From the NCBI GenBank assembly GCA_965153285.1, contig OZ229111.1: 64,000 nt of DNA; one strand, 5' to 3'. The notes under the pieces were generated by a model that ran no database searches, was not told the DNA's origin, and worked only from the letters and a program-made list of their open reading frames with translations. This stretch comes from Podarcis tiliguerta (lineage: Eukaryota). The stretch's first letter is position 1. Each line of letters opens with the position of its first letter. Position numbers and translations under genes: made by a program. Below are positions 13,088-24,243 of the stretch, one piece after another.

Positions 13088-13228
13088 AAGGGTTGTAGCT
13101 CTGTCGTATTGCACATGCTATGCGTGCAAAAGATCCCAGGTTCAATCCCTGTGAAATACTGTTGACAATACTGAGTGAGATGGACCAACAATCTGACTTG
13201 GTATAAATTAGCTTTCTATGGTCATGTG
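13088..13228 (+). mobile_element. tRNA-derived SINE (Squam3-like), degenerate
   Basis: A/B-box-like head (gtagctc...ggttcaatccc) followed by gacaatactgag..gatggacca...ctgact..gtataa tail. Confidence 0.65.
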
Positions 13229-13309
13229 AATTTTTATTTTTTTAAAACCCCCACAAACATTCTGGCACATCACACCTGTAGCTGGTAGTGGCTACAAAGA
13301 GTTGTTTTA

Positions 13310-13406
13310 AACTAACTTTTATTCAGAGCAGACTCATTCAAGTTAATGGCCATGAATAACTTAGCTCCACTAATTTCAGTGGGCCTACTCTGAGTAAAGG
13401 TTAGTT
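13310..13406. mobile_element. Old palindromic MITE (family shared with 38515-38976)
   Basis: Inverted arms aactaacttttattcagagcag / ctactctgagtaaaggttagtt. Confidence 0.6.
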
Positions 13407-13529
13407 GAAGTCAGCCTTAAGAAAGGAATGCTGAAGGGAGAAAGGGCAAGAGGTTTACGATGTTGGAACAGTGCTGGATGCTAACTGGTGGATCAACTTA
13501 GCCTTGAGAAAAATGGTGGTGCCAAATCA

Positions 13530-13880
13530 GGCTTTAGTATGGCTTGCTTCTAATGCAGTTATATAATTTTTTATCACTGGTCTTAATTTTTTGAGGGATG
13601 CTCTTTGACTTCTTTCCTTTTTTGCACCTTTTCTTGTCTGCTTGCATTTATTTTGACAAAGACTGTGTTCCTCTTTGTTCTCATTTGGATGTGATTTCCA
13701 TTTTCTGAAGGAAGACTTTGATAACTTCTTTGATAACTTTCTTTGGTTCTTCTCATTAACCATGTTCACACCCTCTTGGATTTGGTTTCCTGTGTGCACA
13801 TTTTATTCTTGGTATTAATATTTTAATTCTTGGTATTAATGTTGTATTGGAAAGGGTTCAATTGTAAAGAGTTGTTTGTA
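13530..13880 (-). mobile_element. Decayed CR1 ORF2 fragment
   Basis: KSSFRKWKSHPNENKEEHSLCQNKCKQTRKGAKKE resembles the CR1 ORF2 linker between endonuclease and RT. Confidence 0.65.
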
Positions 13881-14269
13881 ACCCCCCCCCTTAAAATAAG
13901 TTTTGAAGGGCTGGGGGAATCCTCAGTAATGATGTGGGAATGGCTGCAAAGGAGAAGTCACTAGAAAAAGTAGTTTCTGTCCATTGGAAGGCTATACGCT
14001 GCATAACCTTTTTTACATAAGGTAGTGCCATTTTAGATGCACCCAGTTGATACGTAATTGCCAATGTGTGGGTCCTTTTGGACCCAGAAGAGGGTGGAAG
14101 GGGGGCGTAATGGGGCATACTTTTGTGTGCTCTGCAGACAGAACCCCTCCATGAAATGGTTGCTGCCTCTATCGTGACCCTTCTCACCCAAGCCCTTTTG
14201 ACACTACCACCCCCTGATTTAAGTGTCCCATTTTCATGGCTGCCAATTTTCCAACTGAGAATCAGTGTA

Positions 14270-14511
14270 CAGTGGTACCTCAGGTTAAGTACTTAATTCG
14301 TTCTGGAGGCCCATTCTTAACCTGAAACTGTTCTTAACCTGAAGCACCACTTTAGCTAATGGGGTCTCCCGCTGCTGCCATGCCGCCGGAGCACGATTTC
14401 TGTTCTCATCCTGAAGCAAAGTTCTTAACCTGAAGAACTATTTCTGGGTTAGCAGAGTCTGTAACCTGAAGCGTATGTAACCTGAAGTGTATGTAACCCG
14501 AGGTACCACTG
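14270..14511. mobile_element. Tc1/mariner-type MITE
   Basis: TA|CAGTGGTACCTC...GAGGTACCACTG|TA with internal gtaacctgaagcgtat repeats. Confidence 0.92.
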
Positions 14512-14865
14512 TACCTCTTTATTCTTCCCTTATTTGTTAGGATATGCAAGAAGGGGGTCTCTTAATTGCTTTTATTTTTTAGCTTCAGATCTATAGAGAG
14601 TTGTATCTTGAAAAATGACTGCCTGACTGGAGAGTTTAATATTCACTGTACTTGAGGCTGATTTACACAACCAATTGAGGGCATCTTATTTGTGTACAAG
14701 ACCACCTCCACTGACAGGCACTGTGTTCAATCAACAAGAAAGTATTTTCATACGCACATGTGATAAACAGCTGTGTGAATGGCTCCTTAGGCAGAACCCC
14801 CTGACTGGGAAATGGGTTGTGAAGAAATTCTGCTCACTGCTTCTCTCTCTGTCTTTCTCTGCCAG

Positions 14866-15239
14866 CGGACCCTGTGGTACAGATTGAAGGCAACCCACAC
14901 TGCTGTTTCTTCAACTTCAGCCCCAAGATCATGTTCACCAAGGTAGTAAAGGCACAGCTGTGGGTGTACCTGCGGCCTGTTCAGCATACCTCCACGGTCT
15001 ACCTACAGATCCTGCGTCTCAAACCAGTGACGGAGGATGGGAGCCGCCATATTCGTATCCGCTCACTCAAGATTGACCTGAATTCCCGCATTGGCCACTG
15101 GCAGAGCATTGACTTCAAGCATGTACTGCAGAACTGGTTCAAGCAGCCTCAGAACAACTGGGGTATCGAGATCAACGCTTTTGATCCCAATGGCAATGAC
15201 CTGGCCGTCACCTCTCTTGGGCCTGGTGCTGAAGGCCTG
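14866..15239 (+). CDS. GDF11: GDF11 coding exon 2 (prodomain C-terminal part), 374 bp
   Basis: Polypyrimidine tract and CAG acceptor (ttctctctctgtctttctctgccag|CG), donor CTG|gtgggt. Translation (T)[38 protein letters not shown]...[47 protein letters not shown] matches the GDF11/MSTN prodomain, with GDF11-type residues. Phase 1 start and phase 0 end are as in this family. Confidence 0.97.
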
Positions 15240-16543
15240 GTGGGTAAATAGGAGCATCGCTTTTCTTCTCTCTCCATCCTAGTTTCTAACGTAGAGCTGG
15301 AGGCCAAAGAAATACCTTTCCCACAAAGCTCACTCAAGCTGCAGGTGTTTGCTGATGTCAGGAACTGAGAACATGCCTCAGTTCCCTGTTGCAGCATTAC
15401 AGTAAGCTGTGCTGAAGTGAGTAAGTGGAAGATTAGTAGAAGAAGCAGTCTTTCAGAACTAGTGATGGCCCCAGTGCCCCTGATTCACTGTTTTGTTGCA
15501 TACATACAGGGTCACCAGTGAGCTACATGTTGGGAAGCGCTTTCCCTTCCATACCTATTGGTTTGCTCTCTTGGTTGTAACTCTTCCTGCCTCCTAAAAG
15601 TTCATTGAGAGCTGTGATACTATTGTACTGCACGTAGGGTAGGGGTGTGCTTACATGCCAAATCATAGCATTAAGTCTTACCTGCGAGCATCTCTCACTC
15701 ACTTAGCTGGTCTTTAAATAAACAGCAAAATCGTTGTACATTTTGATATTACTGGCCTCCACTTGTGTAAATAGCCCATCAACAGGTCTGGAATAACCAT
15801 GTTAAGGTAACCGGCACAACTCTCACTGCTCTCCAACAGATAAAACCACCATCTACCTTCTGTACTTCACAAAGGCTGAACATTATGTAACTCAAGACAG
15901 CAGAATTCCTATTTGTGCCAGCTCTGAAGTCTCACTAACACTCAGAGCACCGCCTGTAAAATATCCAGAATTCAGCGAAATATTTGATATTCTTGGCAGG
16001 ATATCACATGTTGAAGTGGCATCTTAATTCACTGATTTTCTGAAGGAGATTGCATGTTACAGATTATTGGATACATACATTCATGATTCAATCTTATTCT
16101 GTTAGCCTTAAGCTAGTCTTCCATGTAAACAGACGCTTAGTAATTTACTGAGATTCAAATAGCGTTGAAGGTTGTTTCCCTCCCCCATTTTTCCTTTATA
16201 AAAATATATCTTCTTGGTTTATTTTCCCCTCCCCTTTTATTATCTTTAATCTCTTACTTGTCCCTTGAAGCTTATTCTGTTAGGCATAATTACTCTGCCA
16301 AAACACACCAATTTAACTGAAACCTTGCTATATGCAGATGGTTTGAAAAATCACATAAAGACATGCACATATTCCTTATGGAGCTCCCTTTATTTCACAT
16401 CTTCACCCACTACCTACAAATTGATCTCTTGGTCTCTCTTGTCAGATTGTGCACCTCATTTTTGTTTTCTGGCAGCAGGTGATGGGTCAGCAGCCCATAT
16501 ATTGCATTCTCTCTTGTTGACTTTTTTTTTAAAGGAACGTATA

Positions 16544-16600
16544 GACACACACACAGAGAGAGAGAGAGAGAGAGGGAAGGAGGGAGGGAGGGAGGGAGCG
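16544..16600. repeat. Compound (CA)n(GA)n(GGGA)n microsatellite in GDF11 intron 2
   Basis: Read directly from the sequence. Confidence 0.95.
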
Positions 16601-17009
16601 AGCTGTACATGGTCAGCCTGTGCCTGGCTTTCTAAAGGGGAAAGCAATACTCCAGGCTCCTACAGGGAATTGGATAAATTACTGTACGCTGTGATAAGTA
16701 TTGTTAGGATTGGAGAAAAGATGGCTTGTCTTGGAAGGACAGATAAGGACTCGAGCTGGACAGAGCTGGGATATGGCTAGGGAGATAAATATGTGGTTTT
16801 AAAAGATATACAGAGCAAGAGGACAGATGGGGCTGGAAAGATGGGTTGTGGGCTGATGATAATTAATGGAAATGGTGTGCTTCAAAACTATCCTTGTGAG
16901 CTGGGCTCCTGCTATGGGGCTAGTTATCTCTGTCTTTGTGATGTGGGTAAATAGACATTGCACATAAACACGTAACTCTTTTGTTTTCTCCCTTCCATTC
17001 CCACCCCAG

Positions 17010-17390
17010 CACCCTTTCATGGAGCTACGTGTGCTGGAGAACAACAAACGGTCCCGGAGGAACCTGGGACTAGACTGCGACGAGCACTCAACTGAGTCCC
17101 GTTGCTGCCGCTACCCACTGACTGTTGATTTTGAGGCCTTCGGCTGGGATTGGATTATCGCCCCCAAGCGGTACAAAGCCAACTATTGTTCAGGCCAGTG
17201 CGAGTATATGTTCATGCAGAAATATCCTCATACCCATCTGGTGCAGCAGGCCAATCCCCGGGGCTCAGCCGGGCCTTGCTGCACACCCACCAAGATGTCC
17301 CCCATCAATATGCTGTACTTCAATGACAAACAGCAGATAATCTATGGCAAAATCCCTGGCATGGTTGTTGACAGGTGTGGATGCTCTTAA
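17010..17390 (+). CDS. GDF11: GDF11 coding exon 3 (furin site RSRR plus mature TGF-beta domain, stop TAA)
   Basis: Acceptor ccttccattcccaccccag|[40 protein letters not shown]...[24 protein letters not shown]...[23 protein letters not shown] carries GDF11-diagnostic residues (NL start, [20 protein letters not shown]), not myostatin ones. Confidence 0.98.
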   Translation, partial: HPFMELRVLENNKRSRRNLGLDCDEHSTESRCCRYPLTVDFEAFGWDWIIAPKRYKANYCSGQCEYMFMQKYPHTHLVQQANPRGSAGPCCTPTKMSPINMLYFNDKQQIIYGKIPGMVVDRCGCS

Positions 17391-20300
17391 ACCCTCTGCC
17401 TGTCCTGTCACTCCTTCCTCACGATTCCCCTGGATTCCTGCTTCGATGATGCATCCTGACACTGACGAATCCATTCCTGATCATTTTAAAACATTTCTGA
17501 AGAGAAAATAATTGTGGGAAAAGAACAAGATGGATAGAATTGTATTGAAAATCTCTGAAGTGACATCATGCACTGTGCAATAATCAAAACAGACGTCACG
17601 TTACTGGAGAGTGAATGAGTTGGCTTGGATCAATACTTTCCTCGCTGAGGCAGATCTGAAATGACCTCTTCTCTTCCAAAACCCTTTGTTTGACCCATCA
17701 TTGCTCAAGCTTTACTTTTACTGGTATTGTTTTTCTTCCCAACCCCCTTTCTCTCTCAATCTGAGAGTAAAATGATTACAAAGTGGGAAAAGTTCATCAG
17801 AAAGAGAGAGGCTCTTCAACCCGTTTACAAACAGTGAAAGCTTCCTAGATTGTGATTGTTAAGTTAAATAAAATGTTGTATGGAGCTATAGAGATAAAGA
17901 GGGAAAAAAGAGGTAAATATTTTGTATTAAGATGAAGAAAGACAGAGAAAGGGACCAGCCAGCTTGGGGAATATTTGGCATTTTTGGGGGTGGGTGGGAG
18001 GGCGAATACGATGTGGGACTTTGAGGGTTGCTGAACCTGCCTGCCTTTTGTGAGACAGACTCCCTTAAAAGTTAGGAGACGCCCAAGAAACAGAAACTAG
18101 AGTCCACTTGCAATGTTTTTCTCTGATGCATAGTTCCAAGGTGATGAAGTAGAAGCGTAGTCCGTAGACTTAGACGGGTGTTGGAGGAGCTGTCCAATCA
18201 GAGGAAAAATTTAATTCCATCTGCCTTGGGTGTAAGTCCACCTCCTTAGTTTCAGTATCCCTCATGCAGACTGACACTATCCACTTCAAAGTTGATATCC
18301 TTCAGTGTTAGTGTCCTTAGGAAACTGTAAACTCAACCCATTGAATTCAAAGTTGCTATTAGCTTAACATGTACTTAACCTTAGTTCATCTTCGAAGTAG
18401 TGGGAGAAAGAGTCTTGTTCATGTGAGGACAAAGGATCTCTGTCCCCTTTTACTCCTCTGGCATGATTTGACTTATACCACCAAGGGTTTTCACTTGCAG
18501 GGTAGGAGTCTGTCAAAGATGCAGTAGAGGAGAAATATTTCCTTTATTTATTGAATCATGCTCTGCATTGGAGCTTTCCTTTAAGCATAACTTTTGTTTA
18601 ATGTTTCAGTGATGAAGGCCCACCCACCCAATGTATATATAGAACTAATGGTTTTCTTTGTTAACTGAACTGGACACACACATATGATTTGGCTACTTGC
18701 AAGAATTGTTTCTAATGGCTAGAGCAGGAATGGGGAGCCCGTGTTCCTCCAAGGTGATGTTGGGCCACTACTCCTATCATCCTTGACAATTGGTCATGTC
18801 AGCTGAGGCTGATGGGATGTGAAGTCTAACAGCATCTTAGGGGCTGCAAGTTCCTCATCTCTGGGAAAAATGGCTTGTTGATGTTAGGCAATAACACAGC
18901 AGTCCTTGAATGGTCACATGAGTGAGTTGCTGTGTCTGGCTCCTCTTCACCTTCACTGTTGTATCAATGCTCTTTTATTTTAAAATGCACTTATGTAGAT
19001 CCTTAACCTGTCTATAGCCTTCCATGAAACTACAGTGTGACCTTCCTTTCCCTAACCAAGAAACACAGTGCAATTCTGCTTCCTACTATTTGAGGCGACA
19101 AAGCCCAGAATAACATAGGGAAATTATACATTAACTCATAAAAAGAGAAGCAATGGTCTCTAATTGTTTTTCTGCCACAGAATGTATTTAATCCAGAGTT
19201 GGTGTTACTTTTGATGGGAGAGCATTGCTCTTCAGATGATAAAACACTAGCCAAACACTGGGCATTTAGCAAATGCCATATTTGAGCTTGATTTCTAGGT
19301 TTCGAAACTGGCACAGAAGGGTCAGATAGAATGCCTGCTGAAGCCTCTACACTGATGTCCCCAGACAGATGTAAGTTACTTGATAATGCCAAATTGGTTG
19401 CAGATATTGTCGCTGGCCTTCTTTGAGTCAACAGCCTTGGGAAGATGTTGGGTTATAATGGATTTCATATCCATGGCTTACGATTCTTAGAATCAAAGGA
19501 GATATAAAAGTTTAAATAGGAGAAGCTCTTAGGGGAGTATAAGGTCTTGGTAATTGTGGTGTTACCTATAATGGCTCTAAATGTGGAGCCAAGGTATTGA
19601 TTCCAGTGTGGATTTTCAGCCCAAGTGACTAATGCTATACTGCAATTTGGAGCTAACAGAGCAACCCATTAGTTAGTGGTTCACGTCCTATGTGAATTAG
19701 AAATCGTTGCTGTTTGATGGTCACCACAATTCAACCATTCCCTGTAAATTTTCCATCTGTGATGGGACAAAAGTTTGAATCTAGTCTGTTTGGGGGGAGG
19801 GGGGACTCACTTGTTCAATTAAGCAGCCAAATTATAGATTGAAGGAGCCATTGAAATGTTGTTCTCAAAAGCTGAAGCACTTAGGCAGATGAAATGGCAT
19901 ATATAGTGAACTTTGTTTCTTGCAGAAGTATTTCTATATTCAAATAGGGAAAAAGTTAGGTGTAGGAAAGCTCTTATAGTGAGTAGGTGGCCCCGGGTTA
20001 TTTATGGCATTTGGAAAGTAGACTTACACACCTCTGTTTGTGAGGTCGAAGTATGAATTCTATTCATGCAAGCGTTTGCTTCTGCAGGCTGTTCATAATT
20101 TCTCCAATAAATCTTGAGGTGCAGAATTTGCAGTTGCTTAATGAAGGAAGGGGAAAGAGCAAATGAGAATTTTCTCTGAAGTAGACAATGCCTTATTGCG
20201 CCAAACTGGAACAAACAGTCAGGCTCAGACTACTCATACCATTGTGGCGTCTTTACTTCCCTTCTGCTATTTTCATGACAGTATGAAATCAGAATCCCTG

Positions 20301-22112
20301 TTTCTCCAGAGTTCAGCTGTTCCTGCTGCTTTAGGGCTTGTTTCTCCACTTCTCTGCTTGGGCTGTCTAGCGAGCTGCTGTGTGGCATGATGCAACCCTT
20401 CAGAAATTTCTGTCATGGGTCTGGAACCTGGGTGTGGGGGTGATGGACTGGAGGGGAGTCTGTAGCAGACCCTGGAGCCAAGTGTTTGTTCAAATTTTTT
20501 AGCAAGACTCTTTTGAGCCAACCATCAACTTGTTTGCCAGAATTACAGCTGTTCTATTGCATGAAAGCAGCTAAACTATGTCACTCGACTTCTCCTGAAG
20601 TTGCTTTTTCACAGATATACCAACTGTGGATGTGATGGCTAAAGAATCGGATTAGACCACCAGGAACTAATTCATCCTACAGATTACCACCTTTCCAAAT
20701 CTAGCACTTATTGTATTAAAGAAGCTGTGTACATCACCACCCAGTTCAATTCTTGTATGGACAAATTTTGGTCCTTTTGTAGGTCGATACATACTATGGA
20801 GTCTTTGCCTTCCTGATCTGAAGTTACAGGGTACCAGAATGTTGGGCAAACTTTGAATGAAGGCTTGGATGAAGGTGCATAGGATGAGACGTTACGGAAA
20901 ATCTTAACTCCCTACCCTGCCTCTTACCCTGTTGCTAGGGAGTTCAATGCTGCCCTAGCTAAGCAAAATCTTAGCACTTCTCATGGGTTTAAACCCTAAA
21001 ATCCAAAAAAGGGAACAGTCCCTTGCTCAAGGTTGCACAGAGATCAGCTCTCTTTTTTGCGCTACACTGCCTCTCTCTAGCACTTATGGACTGAAGCGCT
21101 TCACTCTTTTTCAAAGCACTCAAACTTACCTTTTCTTATGCTAAATTACATTAACTTAACTTTGTGCAAATGAACTAGCTAGCTTAAGTATATACAGGAC
21201 AGCAGCTCTGCAGATGGAAGCCCATGACTGGATTTAACCCAGGAATCCTTCGTTCCTCAATGGTTTGGGGTCACCTGGATTCTTTCAGGTGACTCCAAAG
21301 CATTTAAGTTCTCAATATGCTGTATTTGTTACCTTCATTTCCTTTTTCTGCAGCTTGTATTTTGGGTGGATCGTTAGATTAAAAACAACAGAAACTAAAT
21401 TATAGTTTCCTTCATGGTGTGCCACCAAGCATCACAAAAGAGAATATCAGAAATATGAAGGGCCTATCTTGCTAGTTTCATATTAAAATATACTGTATTT
21501 AGAATAAAAAGCTGAGGGAAGAGAAGTGTACTTACTGCATGTTTTTTTACTGTGAGATTTATCTAACAAAAGTATATCCCAGCAATTTGACATGAGTGGA
21601 ATTGCTATTTTTTATTAATGGGGAATCTGAGCAGTTACTACAGGGTGATGTAGAGCAATGCCATTCTTTTTTCTCTCCAGTTCCTGGGGAATCAAAAGAA
21701 ATAAATCTCTAATTGTTGTGATTGATCGGAAGAGCTTTCTCTGGAAGTCTGCAGAGAATCTGGTATTTGAAGAAGTGTCACTAGTCCTTTTGATGCAATG
21801 GAAAATGATGACCGATTTCATTTGTTCTTGTTCTTTCTCTGAAGGATTCCACTGCTGTGGGCCTTTGCCAGATGTACTAAAGAAGTCACTTGTTCAGCAA
21901 TACTTTAATCAAGCACCGTTACCTCTGCTTCGTGCCTCTGCTTTTCCCTTTGGAAAATATTAGCTTTGTAGGATCTCTCCTTGAACTGGGAAAGAGCATA
22001 GGACCAGAGGGTTGAAAGAAAAGATGTGAGATGGGATTCCTTGATTGATGCCATTGACTTTACCAAGTGATCTTTAAGGGATGCCACTTCTTCTCTGCAG
22101 AACAGCAGGAGA

Positions 22113-22160
<48 letters not shown>

Positions 22161-22200
22161 ATCTACCATAGATATAGATAGATAGATAGATAGATAGATA
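22113..22200. repeat. (TATC)12 followed by inverted (GATA)6 microsatellite
   Basis: Read directly; the two arrays are reverse complements of each other. Confidence 0.95.
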
Positions 22201-24119
22201 GCATATTGGTCAGCTTGTGAGTTAAGGAGCTAAGGCCCCCCACTAGAGATTGGTGAAGAGGTACAGAAAAGGGAAATGACTTTTAAAGGAAAAGAAATAA
22301 TCAGGTACCGGTCTCTTTCCCCATCTAGTTCATTCCTTAATACAAAGAACATCCAACATTATTCCTCTTCTAACGTTAGTTGAAATACAGTTGCTTTTCT
22401 CGCTGGATCTGTATTGTTCCTCCCCAGCCAGCACTTAGGTATGCAAACACCACTCTGGCAACAAGGTCAATTTGACAATCAGGACAGTGTAGATGAACCC
22501 ATTTTCTTAACAGATTCAGGAGGACTGTGCCTGCAGCCTCCTCAGTCCAACAGACCTGACGTACCTAAACCATGAAAATCCAATCCACACTGGCAACAGC
22601 ATGCTTTACTAATTTAATGAGGCTGTGCTTTCTAGAGAGCCAAGTTACTGATATATGACACACGCAGGTATAACACTGGCTGTGATAAAGGACTAGGGGA
22701 TTGAGAAACTCAGTGTTACTTTTTGTCCAAAGGATGGAACTTTCATGTTTGCTTTCTAAAGTGTTTAAGTGTACAGTATCTACTCATGCTTAGAAAGCAA
22801 AGTGGGTCTTGAACTGGTCTTGAAGTATACAGGAGGCAATTCTAGCTAGTATCCTGTTACAACTCTTGTCTTCCAGCCCCTTGCCTCTCTGCTTCTAGAA
22901 GTATAAAAAGAAGTAGAACATGAGTTCGAATTCAGTTGCAGTGGCCACATCACTGGTTTTATGTCACGCATAAAACAGAGTTATGTGTTCTGTTATTGTT
23001 TTAGAAGGAATTGTGGTTGGAAGCTGAAAAGAGGGAAGTGTATAGAAGTGAGATTTCAGGTTAGCAGTGTCATACTCTCAGACCGTTATATCTGGCACTA
23101 TTCTATAAAAACAGAGTAGGAAGATAGTTGTGCAGTTTGTTTTAAAATCAATAAGCAGGCTTGAGTTTTGTTTCTGGGACTGAAATCAGAATGTTTGAAT
23201 TGAAAAGGGAATTTGACAATAACATGCAGATGACTGTTAATCTGTGATAGGAAAAGCATGAATCAATGTGATAATCCTCACTGCTGTGGCATATTACCTC
23301 ACTCAGCTATCTAATATCTAGCAGATATTATTACACAAAATATCCATTCAGAGAAGACCGTCGCAACAAATGTTCCACAAAAATGCTCTTTCCTAGAACC
23401 CAGTTTGAAATCTGCCAAGACCAGCCAGGGTTTATTTTGCTGTTATGTTATCAGATACTTAATTTTAATCTTGCTTTAAGAAGTTGTTCTTAGTTGAACT
23501 GCTATGGCACAGGGCCACATACTTTGCACTACACAACTCTTCCCTGTTGCGAGACGCAGAGGGGGGGAAGTGTACGACAAAACTATTTTTCATTAAATAT
23601 AATTTCCTGTCGGTGGCTTTGCTCATCTGTAGGGGGTTGAGGGATATATACACATCATTGTGGAAAACTGAGATGATCACGGTCAAATTGGATCCCTAGG
23701 AGTTGGGCTTCTTCCAATGGGACATCTCCAAATGTCTATTTTTGAATGCAGTGTAGTTTTCCAAAAAACAGTTCATTGCTGTGACTTGCTTGCATAGTCA
23801 GTAGAGAAACAGGACACATTTTAAAAACTTGTTATAACAGCAGACATTCAAAATGATTAGCTGAAAATTAGCTGAAGTTTAGGGTTAACACAGAATATGC
23901 AATTAATTGTATTGGGATGGAATCACTGTATTGGGATATGCGTACAAGTAGCTCATTAGATGCATTTGTACATCACAGAGACTATGGTCAGAAGGGATTG
24001 TTGAGGGAATGGCTGATAACTGGAGAACATTTTTTTCATAATGTATTATTTTTTTACCAAGGCCAGTTCATTGTGTTTTGGTTAATGCGTACCTCATTAA
24101 TACAGAGCAGACACAGAGA

Positions 24120-24243
24120 CCCCAGGACCCTCCACATATAGTTGGACTCCTGGTTCTTATAACCCAGCAAGCATGGTTAATGGTCAAGGATGATGGGAGC
24201 TGTAGTCCACCAACACCTGGAGGGCCAAAGGTTCCCCATTCCT
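24120..24243. mobile_element. Degenerate hAT-type MITE (similar remnants at ~18724-18862 and ~28495-28605)
   Basis: ggatgatgggagctgtagtcc...ctggagggccaaaggttccccattcctg core shared with the younger copies. Confidence 0.6.

Noticed and set aside
1-14865. GDF11 exon 1 or promoter
   Set aside because: No signal-peptide or prodomain N-terminal coding sequence and no CpG island were found; the region is intron 1.
16265-16780. 171-aa ORF in GDF11 intron 2
   Set aside because: It has a non-ATG start, runs through a (CA)(GA)(GGGA) microsatellite, and shows no recognisable domain.
17010-17390. Myostatin (MSTN/GDF8) as the gene identity
   Set aside because: Diagnostic residues ([24 protein letters not shown]) and the SARNP neighbour indicate GDF11.
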